Assembly: GCA_021800275.1 (NCBI GenBank)
Contig: JAJYZB010000013.1
Coordinates: forward strand, 516-64,515
Source of the DNA: a bacterium
GTDB lineage: Bacteria > Vulcanimicrobiota > JABDET01
DNA: 64,000 nt
Direction: 5' to 3'
This document shows positions 39,465-48,682 of this stretch, in pieces. Numbering within the stretch: position 1 is the stretch's first letter; every line of letters starts with the position of its first letter. The notes below the pieces were generated by a model, which was not told where the DNA came from, searched no databases, and was given only the letters and a program-made list of their open reading frames with translations. Position numbers and translations under genes: made by a program.

Positions 39465-41156
39465 TCAGGTAAACAGTTCGGCTAAAATATAAAAAGAAGT
39501 TTCCTTTTTGATTTTAATCTTGACTTTTTCTCCGATTAAATTTCCAGCATTAGAAACTTCCATGATTTTTCCGCTGCAAAAAGAGATTCCGTTTTGAAAA
39601 TTGAGAGGATGGGTATCCTGAATTTCAACTTCCAGATCGTTTTCTATTCTAAAGGGAGGCAGGTATTCTTGAATGTCTTTGGATTGGTCCCAGCGCAGAG
39701 AAAATTTTTCGATGTGGAATCTCGGATCGACCTGCAGGAAAATTTTTTTTTCAATTTTCTGATGCAGCGTCTCAATTTTACTCCCTTCCATGCCTGCCAG
39801 AAGCACTGAAACCTGGGGGTGAGCAGTAATCAGAACAGCATCGCTCTTTTCATGGGAAGCGTTTTGGAGAATTTCTCGCTCTACTTTGACAGCTACTGTC
39901 TCTGGGGTCAATACTCTCCCACTGCCTGAACAGTAAAAGCAGTCTTCTCTTAAAAGTCTGTCCAGATTTTTGGCAGAGCGCTTTCGTGTCATTTCAACCA
40001 GTCCCAGCCCTGTGATTCCAAGGATGGTTGTTCTAATGCGATCTGGCTTTAAACCTTCCTCCAAGGTCAGCAGCAGTTTTTCTTTGTCTTCTTTTTTGTC
40101 CATGTCAATAAAATCCACGATAATAATTCCTGATAAATCCCTCAGTCGTATCTGCCGAGAAATTTCAACTGCGGCTTCTAAATTTGTCTCTAAAACAGTT
40201 TTCTGGAAAGAATGGGAACCAACATGTTTTCCTGTATTCACGTCTATAACTGTCAGAGCCTCAAGTGCATCAATAATCAGGTACCCCCCTGAAGGCAGCC
40301 AGACTTTGCTTTTTAACAGTTTTTCAATTTCTGCATCTATCCCGTACTGTTCAAAAAGAGATTTCGTCCCTTCATAATAAAAAATTCGATCGGTAAGCCT
40401 TGGATTGATTGTTTTGGCGAACTCCACTGTTTTTTCAAAAATTATTTTTGAATCAACGAGCACTTTGTGAATGTCTTCGGTAAACAAGTCCCGAAGCGCT
40501 CGATCAATTAATTCTGAATCCTGATGGATCAAAGTTGGGGCTTTGGTCTTTTTTGACTGTTTCGAAATTTCTTTCCACAGTTCAACCAGGAAATCTATTT
40601 CTTGCTTTAGCAAGTTTTCTTCTTTGAATTCTGCTGCTGTTCTTATAATGACTCCCATATCAGGAGGTTTCAGCTTGTTAACTGAATTTTTTAATCTTTC
40701 TCTTTCGGAGTGCGATTCAATTTTCCGTGAAATTCCAATATAATTAGAAACAGGGAGAAGGATGAGATATTTCCCAGGAAGAGTGATATGGGTCGTCACT
40801 CTCCCTCCTTTAGTCGAGATTGGCTCTTTTACCATTTGAACCAGAGTTTCCTGACCTTGTTTGAAAATATCTTGAATTGTATTTTTTTTCTTTTTTTTCC
40901 CCGTGTCAGTTAGTTCTTCATGCAGATGACCAGGAAGGGCATCGTCTAAACAAAGGAAAGCATTTTTTTCAGTTCCAATGTCCACGAAAGCAGCCTGCAT
41001 GCCAGGAAGGACATTGACAATTTTCCCTTTATAAATGTTTCCAACCATTCGCTCTCCTCGGGCAAAAAAAATTTCAACAATCTTCCCATTTTCCAGGAGG
41101 GCTGCTCGATCTTCCAGAGCATCGGATGAAAATAAAATTTCTCGGGAAGCAGTCAT
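39465..41156 (-). CDS. Rne/Rng-family ribonuclease (RNase G-like) with C-terminal TRAM-like extension
   Basis: VGNIYKG..VLPGMQAAFVDIG (S1), VIDVNTG, RQIRLRDLSGIIIVDFIDM, GLVEMTRKR, CFYCSGSG. Confidence 0.92.
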   Translation of the reverse strand: MTASREILFSSDALEDRAALLENGKIVEIFFARGERMVGNIYKGKIVNVLPGMQAAFVDIGTEKNAFLCLDDALPGHLHEELTDTGKKKKKNTIQDIFKQGQETLVQMVKEPISTKGGRVTTHITLPGKYLILLPVSNYIGISRKIESHSERERLKNSVNKLKPPDMGVIIRTAAEFKEENLLKQEIDFLVELWKEISKQSKKTKAPTLIHQDSELIDRALRDLFTEDIHKVLVDSKIIFEKTVEFAKTINPRLTDRIFYYEGTKSLFEQYGIDAEIEKLLKSKVWLPSGGYLIIDALEALTVIDVNTGKHVGSHSFQKTVLETNLEAAVEISRQIRLRDLSGIIIVDFIDMDKKEDKEKLLLTLEEGLKPDRIRTTILGITGLGLVEMTRKRSAKNLDRLLREDCFYCSGSGRVLTPETVAVKVEREILQNASHEKSDAVLITAHPQVSVLLAGMEGSKIETLHQKIEKKIFLQVDPRFHIEKFSLRWDQSKDIQEYLPPFRIENDLEVEIQDTHPLNFQNGISFCSGKIMEVSNAGNLIGEKVKIKIKKETSFYILAELFT

Positions 41157-41159
41157 TTT

Positions 41160-43553
41160 TTACACAACATCAACCTTGAAATTTTTTCCTTCCCAATGGT
41201 TGGCATTTGTCCAAAAAAAAGTGAAAAGGATGGGGGAGTTTTGATTTCTGGTTGTGGGAATGTCAAGGTAATCTATGCCGAGAGCGGTGGAGCTAGATCG
41301 GGAATCATAACAGGTTATCCAGCCGTCTTTAGACCAGTGCAAGGTAAAAGCAGCTTCTGCCAGAATTCTTAAAGTGGTCCCTTTTTGAACAGATTTTGGC
41401 TGTCTGTTGAATTTCCAAACTTCCAGCGAGTTAGGTTTCTTGTTTTTCCAGTATCGTTCCGCGATTAAAGGAATAAAATCGTAAACTTGTTTATCTCTGA
41501 CAGATCTTAATAGTTTAATATACTCTGCATGCGCCCACATTAAAGGCATGGCAGAACCAGTGGGTCTTCCTAAAAATAGCTTTAAACGGGGTTTGTCTTT
41601 TTCATCCCAAACCTGCTCAGGCAGCAGTCCAGTGGCACTGGAAAATCCTTCGATTGCTTTGATATAAGGGTTGACATCTCTGCCGCAGGCTAATTCATAA
41701 TGACCTCTTTCGCCGGTTAAAAGAGGCCAAGCTCTTCCTCTGCCTGTCCCTGTATAAGGACCCCCATCTTCTCTTTGTCCGTACCCATCATGATTATATC
41801 TCCGCCAACAGGAACCGTATGGGGTTTCGACTTTTAATATCGCGTCAATCACTTTAAGCGAGTCCTCGATAATAGGATCCCCAGGTTTTCTTATTCCGTA
41901 GCGGACCAGTTCTAAAAAACCCGGATCTACGACTTCTTTTGCGGGAAATTCCCACTGTTTTCCAGGAGCGCGGTTTCGAATTGGCAGAGTTCCTTGATTT
42001 GGATCCTCTAATGGTCTTGAGTCCTCAGGACTGACTGGAAGAATGCGAATATAATGTTTGGGGATCCCTCGGACAAGAGTTCCCTGGGTTGTTACAGTCC
42101 AGTCTTCAATGTGACACTCTAAAAAATCCGCATATTCCAGAATAAATTGGGCTGTTTTTAAATCTCCTTTTTCGCGCGCGAATTCAGAGGCGCAGAACAG
42201 AGACGCAATATTGGCGGCCAGAGTTGAAGGAGAATACCCGCTGTTTTCCTCCCATCGTTCTTGAGGAGTGCAGGGTCCTTTTGTGATGAGATATTTTGCC
42301 CCGCTTAAGATGACATGGTATGGATCAAAATTTTTCAGCCCATTTTCTTGCTTCAATTTCCATGCCAGTATAATGGGGAATGCAGATTCATCCAGTTGTA
42401 CTCCTTTCCAGTAAGGTTCGCCATTGATCCAAAAATTCTGATAAAATCCCCCATCTGATTCCTGTGTGCAGGCTAAATAAATCAATGATCTGAGAGGAGT
42501 CGAGAGGTTCCCAGAAGCTAAAAGTGCGGACGCGCTGTTTACCATGTCTCTTGTCCAAACCAGATGGTATCCGCCTAAATCTTCATCTCCTTTAGCTTCT
42601 CCCCATGGGATACTGAGAGAAGCGATCATGGCTCCTGGATATGTTTTGTCTTCATGGGCTAGAAGCAAACTGTGGCTGGTGGAGTAAAGTTTTCCTTGGT
42701 CATGTGAGAACTGTTTTAGAGGAATGACATGATTTACTGCACGAACCCACTGCTCGACAAATCGTTCTCTGAGTTCTTCGTATGTGACCCCAAGTGACTG
42801 GAATAGTTGAGTTACTGCAGCCTCTAAATTGTGTCCAAAAGCAAGAGCAAGAGTAAATTCCTTATGTTCTGAAAGATCCAGTTCCCCAGTTAGAGCAATG
42901 TTTCCGTTTTCAGCAGAGTCAAACTGCCAGTCCATTTGCATATTTTTTTTCAGATCTTGCCAGCCGTCCGTCATTCCAACATATCCGCAGGACCGTTTTA
43001 GAAAGGGAATTGTCCCTCCGAAAGCCAGCCAGGTTATCCCCTTATTTGCAACTAGAATTTCTCTTCCCGAAACTTCGCAGACATATCCATTGTTTCCCCA
43101 TCCCCCAATTTCCAGGTGAGGGGCTAAAAGAGAGAAAACATGAAGATTTTTAAGGGTCTGAGAGCTGCCTGAGAGTTTCGTATGTATCAGCAGGACGGAT
43201 TGATGAGGATTGACGATTACTTCTTTTTCAATTTGGAAATTTCCCTTTGGATCTGAATTGATTAATTTCATGCCTAGAACATGCTCCTGCAGATATTCGG
43301 TTTTTGTTCGCGATAAATGCCGCTCATCAACAAAAAAACTTTTGCCATCAGTAAATAAGAACTGTAGATCTCGAATTTGCGGATGGTCAATGGTTGGATA
43401 ATAAACTTCATTTACAATCCCGGATGAAATCGTAAACCAGACCTTGCTTCCGGCAAAATAGGAGGTTCCGATTCCGTCTTTTGCGCTTCTAGTCCAGCGA
43501 GGCGGAATTCCTGGCCCGCCTGAGGCTGGAAAATTATTTTTTAAATCAGCCAT
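41160..43553 (-). CDS. Glucoamylase / glucan 1,4-alpha-glucosidase (GH15 with glucodextranase-type N-terminus)
   Basis: ASLSIPWG, GGYHLVWTRD, QLDE, QERWEE, RYNHDGYG, LPEQVWD, PLMWAHAEY. Confidence 0.9.
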   Translation of the reverse strand: MADLKNNFPASGGPGIPPRWTRSAKDGIGTSYFAGSKVWFTISSGIVNEVYYPTIDHPQIRDLQFLFTDGKSFFVDERHLSRTKTEYLQEHVLGMKLINSDPKGNFQIEKEVIVNPHQSVLLIHTKLSGSSQTLKNLHVFSLLAPHLEIGGWGNNGYVCEVSGREILVANKGITWLAFGGTIPFLKRSCGYVGMTDGWQDLKKNMQMDWQFDSAENGNIALTGELDLSEHKEFTLALAFGHNLEAAVTQLFQSLGVTYEELRERFVEQWVRAVNHVIPLKQFSHDQGKLYSTSHSLLLAHEDKTYPGAMIASLSIPWGEAKGDEDLGGYHLVWTRDMVNSASALLASGNLSTPLRSLIYLACTQESDGGFYQNFWINGEPYWKGVQLDESAFPIILAWKLKQENGLKNFDPYHVILSGAKYLITKGPCTPQERWEENSGYSPSTLAANIASLFCASEFAREKGDLKTAQFILEYADFLECHIEDWTVTTQGTLVRGIPKHYIRILPVSPEDSRPLEDPNQGTLPIRNRAPGKQWEFPAKEVVDPGFLELVRYGIRKPGDPIIEDSLKVIDAILKVETPYGSCWRRYNHDGYGQREDGGPYTGTGRGRAWPLLTGERGHYELACGRDVNPYIKAIEGFSSATGLLPEQVWDEKDKPRLKLFLGRPTGSAMPLMWAHAEYIKLLRSVRDKQVYDFIPLIAERYWKNKKPNSLEVWKFNRQPKSVQKGTTLRILAEAAFTLHWSKDGWITCYDSRSSSTALGIDYLDIPTTRNQNSPILFTFFWTNANHWEGKNFKVDVV

Positions 43554-43556
43554 TAA

Positions 43557-43961
43557 TTATCCATTTTTCTCTTTATTTGATTTTAATCCTATTTTCAGGT
43601 TCCCTGACAAAGTGGCTCCTTCTGAAACAACTAACCTTCTGGCTTCAGCATTACCGATTAAACTGCCGCTTTGGCTTAATAGGATTCGGCCGACAGCTTT
43701 CACGTTTCCTTCGACAATTCCTTCAATCACAATGTCAGTAGCAGAAAGGTCTCCTTTTACAAAGCCTTTTTCTCCCACCGAAATGTTTCCTCTGGTCAGT
43801 ATTTCTCCTGAGAAAACATATTTTTGATTGAAAACTCGACTGTCCAGTGCAATTGTTTTTCCGCAGTTTGGGCAGGTAGCAGTAATAGCTTTTGTCGGGC
43901 GAACAATTTCTTCGCAGCAAAAAGGGCATTCAATATGAGAGATGGAAGGAATTTCAAGCAT
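43557..43961 (-). CDS. Bactofilin (polymer-forming) with N-terminal Zn-ribbon
   Basis: CPFC...CPNC followed by beta-helix repeats VIEGIVEGNV, LIGNA, LVVSEGATLSG. Confidence 0.8.
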   Translation of the reverse strand: MLEIPSISHIECPFCCEEIVRPTKAITATCPNCGKTIALDSRVFNQKYVFSGEILTRGNISVGEKGFVKGDLSATDIVIEGIVEGNVKAVGRILLSQSGSLIGNAEARRLVVSEGATLSGNLKIGLKSNKEKNG

Positions 43962-43968
43962 TCATAAC

Positions 43969-44454
43969 TTATAATTTAAGACCTAGGCTTGCTTCAACTG
44001 GAGTTTTTCCAGAAACATTAACTGCTACTCTGGAGGATGAACTTTCTTTTTCCGCAGAAGATTTAATTCCAATTTCACAGTGACCTGTTAGAGTTGCTCC
44101 TTCTTCAACCACCAGTTTTGCAGCTTTAACATCTCCTATCAGTCGGGATGTGCTTCTCAGTTCCACTTTGTCCTGGGATGTCACATTTCCAGTTACCGAC
44201 CCTTCAATATAAATTGACCCTACTTTAATTTCAGCTTTTACTTTTGCATCTTTACCTACATAAAGGGAACCAGAAGTATTGATTTCTCCCTCAAATCCTC
44301 CCTCGATTTTTAAAGATTTTTCAAAGGAAAGGGATCCTTTGAAATGTGTGTCAGAGCTCAATATAGTGGATACTTGTTCAGACATCGTTTTTGATACCTC
44401 CTGTTTTCCGCTTGAAATCTCTATGATCTGGTTTTCTTTTCTCTTTCCCAGCAT
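43969..44454 (-). CDS. Bactofilin (polymer-forming cytoskeletal protein)
   Basis: THFKGSL..LKIEGGFEGEI..IEGSVTGNV..LIGDV..LVVEEGATLTG; RBS AAGGAGG. Confidence 0.9.
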   Translation of the reverse strand: MLGKRKENQIIEISSGKQEVSKTMSEQVSTILSSDTHFKGSLSFEKSLKIEGGFEGEINTSGSLYVGKDAKVKAEIKVGSIYIEGSVTGNVTSQDKVELRSTSRLIGDVKAAKLVVEEGATLTGHCEIGIKSSAEKESSSSRVAVNVSGKTPVEASLGLKL

Positions 44455-44548
44455 GCCAACCTCCTTGTCGAAGTTTTATAAAACTATTGTATCAGATTTA
44501 GAAAAATAATGCAACGATTTTTTTTAAAAACCTGTAGATTAGCTGCAG

Positions 44549-47407
44549 TCAGTTCTCGTCAGAGTATAAAAGAGTTACAGGAAAATGGAGAAAAAGAGTT
44601 TTAAAAGTCAGAGTTTCCAGTTTTTCACCTGTATAAAGATGGGTCCAATGCAAGGAGGTTTTTGTGGGTATTATTAAGCTGGTTTTTTCACGACAGAGGG
44701 GAGCTTCTTTCTCTATTCTTGCCACCATGTTTAAAAAACGAGGAACAGCAGCAATGATTCGAGTTCCTTTGTAGGTCCGCATAAAAGCAAAAACATGATC
44801 TTTAATAGGTCCAGCCGCTTTCAATGGTAGATAGTCCCCTTTTTGAAATAGCTCAGAATGAGATCTCCTGAAATTCAATGTTTTATAGGTCAGATAGAGT
44901 TTCATTTTGTCGTTATCCAGATATTCTACCAGGTTTTTTGTCAATCTCTTTTGACTGCTGGGTTTTGATTTTTTTATCTGAGCTAGAGCTTTTATGTTTT
45001 TTAAAAAATCAACAGGTCTTCGGTTATCCGGATCAACCAGCGAAAAATTCCAGAGTTCTGTTCCTTGATAGAAATCTGGAACCCCTGGAGCAGTCATTTT
45101 AAGAAGAGCTTGAGATAAGGCATTAATCGATCCGTACAGAGCGACTCTTTTTACAAATTTTTGGAAGAGAGACAAAAAGTTATTTTTAGGAGTTTTCTTT
45201 AAGCAGCGGGTAATGAAATCTTTAACCCCTGTTTCATAAGCCTCATCTGGATTGATCCAGTTTGTATGGATTTTTGCTTCTCTCAGAGCTTTTACTATGA
45301 AGCCTTGAATCCTGGCAGTTATTTCTTCATGTGTTTTCCGATCAGGGAGATTGGCGGGCCAAATACTTAAAAGGCTCTGATAAAAAAGGTATTCTTCATT
45401 TTTGTCAGGGATCTCTTCTCCGCTGTTCCAATTTTTTTTTGAAAAATTAAAGCGGTGAAATCTTCCAAGGACTTCATTCCACTCTTCAGGCATTTCAGAA
45501 AGCACATTTAATCTAGCTCTGGCATCTTCGCTTCTTTTGGTATCATGGGTTGAAGTGGTATTCAAAGAATGGGGATAATTTTTCAGTTTATGCTGATTCC
45601 AGCGATCAAATTCAGATGAGGCAGATCCTAATTTCCATGGGTCCCCACCAACTTCATTGAGTGAAAGAAGAGGATAATAGCGGTAAAACGCTGTATCCTC
45701 CATCCCTTTTGCCATGATTTGACTGGTCAGCTGCTGAAATTTCATAACAAATTCCAGATGTTCAGAATTTTCAGGAGATCCGAATGGAGGCTCTAAAAGG
45801 AGAATCTTTTCAATAAAATTAAAAATCGAAGGGCTGACTGTTGGATTATGTTCTGCAGCCCAGAGAGCAGCCTGTTTAATTCGCATTTTTTCCTCTCTGG
45901 TGTAAGCATCTTTTTCGTTTTTATAAGTTCTGTAAACGGGGAAATAAGCCATGACTTCTCTTAAAGCAAAACGCAAAGTTTCAAGAGTAAAGTCTCTTGA
46001 CCACCGATTCTGCTTTGCGATTTTATTCAATCGAACAGCCAGCATGTACAGCTCGCTCGCCATTTGTGTCAGCAGAAACAGTTTTTTAGAGGTGGCAGCA
46101 TGCGTAAAAAAATTGCTGGATACATGGGTAAAATCCAGGTAAAAACGTGTTAACCTGCCAAGCCCGTCAGGATGAATAAAAAGTTTGTTAGAAAAATTTA
46201 GAAAATCATATCCTGTGGTCCCATGAACAGGCCATTTAGGATTTAACTTTTCTTGTGTCGTTAAGATTTTCTCCACGACCACATAAAAGGGTTTATCTGA
46301 AGAAATGGGTGGCAGAGACTGCAGGTGCTCCGAGCAGCCTTTTTGAAGCTGCTGTAGATAGGCATGAGGATCATATAATCCATCCACGTGATCGATTCGA
46401 AATCCAGCCGCATCTCCTTGTAACACCAGATCAAAAGCCAGCTTATGGAGAGCATTAAAAACCTCAGGTTTTTCCACGCGAATCGCGGCAAGAGAATTGA
46501 TATCGAAAAAGCGTCGGTAATTGATCTCATCTGCTGCCACTCCCCAGTAGCATAAATGAAAGGCTTGAGCATTTAACAAATCTTCCAAAATATTGAAGCT
46601 TTCGGGAACGCCTTTTTCTCCATTGATTCTTAAAATCTGATTATTGAGAAGAGCTGTAAATGTTTGATCCTGTTCATGCAGGCCAGCGATCCTTTTTTTT
46701 ATAACCTCTTTTTCACGCTGTCGTTCTCTCAGCTTTTCTTCATCTCGTTCCACTCTTTCAGGAAGATAGTTCAGAGCGGTTAAAATGCTTTCCAGCTCAA
46801 TTGTCCCAGGGTCAGTCTCGCCTCGTTCCAATTTTATCTTTTCCAATACAGGAGTTAAAATCGTCACATAACTTTTTGGAGCAAGAGGAAAAATCAGCGA
46901 TCCATACTGTATGGAAAACCCTCCATTTTCATAATTGAGAGCGATGCCTTGATTTTCTAGGACTTTCCCATAAGGCTCCCCGAGGAAGGGAAGAAGAATT
47001 TTATTCAACATATTGTGAACAGGGGGCTCCCAGTTAATATCAAAATAGTCTGAATAAGGAGAGCTGGGTCCATTTTCCAGAACACTATACCACCACTGAT
47101 TGCCAGCGTGATCCACTGCCATATGATTGGGAACCAGATCCAGGATCAATCCCATATTATGTTTTTTTAAGACTGCTGTCAAATTTTTGAAATCTTCTTC
47201 TGAACCACATTCTGGGTTTAATTTTTCATGATTGATTATATCATATCCATGCTGGCTGCCAGGCTTGGCTTCAAAAATTGGGGATGAATACAGATCCGTA
47301 ATTCCGAGATCCGATAGATAAGGAATAATTTTTGCAGCATCAGAAAATTTAAATTTTTTATTAAACTGAACCCGGTAGGTTGAAATCGGAATCCGCAGCA
47401 TCACCAT
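44549..47407 (-). CDS. treY: Malto-oligosyltrehalose synthase (GH13)
   Basis: STYRVQF, DLVPNHM, INYRRFFDIN, RIDHVDGL, VEKIL, STHDTKRSED, PGVPDFYQG, SLVDPDNRRPVD. Confidence 0.95.
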   Translation of the reverse strand: MVMLRIPISTYRVQFNKKFKFSDAAKIIPYLSDLGITDLYSSPIFEAKPGSQHGYDIINHEKLNPECGSEEDFKNLTAVLKKHNMGLILDLVPNHMAVDHAGNQWWYSVLENGPSSPYSDYFDINWEPPVHNMLNKILLPFLGEPYGKVLENQGIALNYENGGFSIQYGSLIFPLAPKSYVTILTPVLEKIKLERGETDPGTIELESILTALNYLPERVERDEEKLRERQREKEVIKKRIAGLHEQDQTFTALLNNQILRINGEKGVPESFNILEDLLNAQAFHLCYWGVAADEINYRRFFDINSLAAIRVEKPEVFNALHKLAFDLVLQGDAAGFRIDHVDGLYDPHAYLQQLQKGCSEHLQSLPPISSDKPFYVVVEKILTTQEKLNPKWPVHGTTGYDFLNFSNKLFIHPDGLGRLTRFYLDFTHVSSNFFTHAATSKKLFLLTQMASELYMLAVRLNKIAKQNRWSRDFTLETLRFALREVMAYFPVYRTYKNEKDAYTREEKMRIKQAALWAAEHNPTVSPSIFNFIEKILLLEPPFGSPENSEHLEFVMKFQQLTSQIMAKGMEDTAFYRYYPLLSLNEVGGDPWKLGSASSEFDRWNQHKLKNYPHSLNTTSTHDTKRSEDARARLNVLSEMPEEWNEVLGRFHRFNFSKKNWNSGEEIPDKNEEYLFYQSLLSIWPANLPDRKTHEEITARIQGFIVKALREAKIHTNWINPDEAYETGVKDFITRCLKKTPKNNFLSLFQKFVKRVALYGSINALSQALLKMTAPGVPDFYQGTELWNFSLVDPDNRRPVDFLKNIKALAQIKKSKPSSQKRLTKNLVEYLDNDKMKLYLTYKTLNFRRSHSELFQKGDYLPLKAAGPIKDHVFAFMRTYKGTRIIAAVPRFLNMVARIEKEAPLCREKTSLIIPTKTSLHWTHLYTGEKLETLTFKTLFLHFPVTLLYSDEN

Positions 47408-48336
47408 GATTCTCTTTCAACTTCAGGTCGTTTTCTCTCGTCATCTTTTGGGCGAGCGAATAAGTGCAGCGCTTTTTCTTTAAAAGGGGATACTTCTTCT
47501 GCCCATCTGATTCTTTTTTTTATCCAGCCGTACATGACGAAGAATAGAACCAGATCCAATAGTAATCCAACGATCACATAAGGTGGATGAGCCATCACTG
47601 AAAAGAGCATAAAATCCCAAAGTCCATGGGAAAAAGCGCCTAGCGCAAACCACTTGGTTAAATCTTTGCGTTCCTCAGGATGATATATACCCCTGGCTAT
47701 GCCATACCCCCAGAAACTGGAAAAGAGGACATGAGCTGGAACAGCCACCAGAGCTCTGATAAAAATTGCTTTCCATCCAAAAATAAATAGATAGCCAATA
47801 GTTTCAAAAGTGGCAAACCCTAAAGCTGCAGCAGAAGAGTACACAATTCCATCTATCGGCTCATTCAGGTCAGGACAATCATAGATCGAATTAGCTGTAT
47901 TTTGCAGCACAGGAAGTTCCTCATTTTTATTCTGTCTGAATTTTCGAATCAGGGAATCTACAGGCGCTGGAAGTTTAATGACAAATATGGGCTGCAAATT
48001 CTTGTTTTGAATTTTTAATTTTGGCGCAAGAACTTTGACTACAGCTAAAAATTTTACAAATTCTTCAATAGGTCCAATAATAAAAAAACAGATGACAAAC
48101 AACAAAGGGATCGGCACCAGTGCTAACTGGTTGTTATTGGGATTGAAACCCAGCAGGAGTTCTAATGCGATGGCTTCTATAATAGCTGCCATAAAAGAGA
48201 AGGCTGCCCCCCAAACAAATGTTTTTAAAACAAGCTTTTTGGGTTCAGGTTCATAAACATCCAAATGATAAACGTACCAGAGCCAAAAAATCCCTGGAGC
48301 CATTCCAATTATCAGTATGAATAATGGATTTCCCAT
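47401..48336 (-). CDS. prsW: PrsW-family intramembrane glutamic protease
   Basis: D..EPEP, GPIEEFVKF, NEPIDGIVY, LGFATFET, PAHVLFS, HGLWDF. Confidence 0.85.
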   Translation of the reverse strand: MGNPLFILIIGMAPGIFWLWYVYHLDVYEPEPKKLVLKTFVWGAAFSFMAAIIEAIALELLLGFNPNNNQLALVPIPLLFVICFFIIGPIEEFVKFLAVVKVLAPKLKIQNKNLQPIFVIKLPAPVDSLIRKFRQNKNEELPVLQNTANSIYDCPDLNEPIDGIVYSSAAALGFATFETIGYLFIFGWKAIFIRALVAVPAHVLFSSFWGYGIARGIYHPEERKDLTKWFALGAFSHGLWDFMLFSVMAHPPYVIVGLLLDLVLFFVMYGWIKKRIRWAEEVSPFKEKALHLFARPKDDERKRPEVERESW

Positions 48337-48682
48337 GGCAAATGATTTAAAGCAGAATTATCTAAATAATGCTATTATTCCTCTGCTGAACGAGAGATTG
48401 ACATGTTAAAACATAAAGCAGTAATTGTAGGAAAAGGAGAGAAGAGTATCATTGTGCTCAATGAATCCAGAGCTGCAGTAAAAACTTGCAGAGACTATCA
48501 GGATAGAAAATACTTGTCTTCCATTGAAGCCGCGCAGGGGGCTCGAGGTATCAGTTAGATTTAGGTGCGAAAAAGATAAACTTTCGTGTGCTTCAGAGCC
48601 AGTGTGCGGCTAAAAGTCCCCAAGGACGTGGTGAAGAAAATCAATAAGATTTTTGTAGTTAGAAGTAAAGGAGGTTATTGAA

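Noticed and set aside
48340-48680. Long intergenic region before xfp as riboswitch/ncRNA or sORF
   Set aside because: No recognisable aptamer consensus; the 34-codon GTG ORF has poor SD spacing. An Rfam cmscan would be needed.
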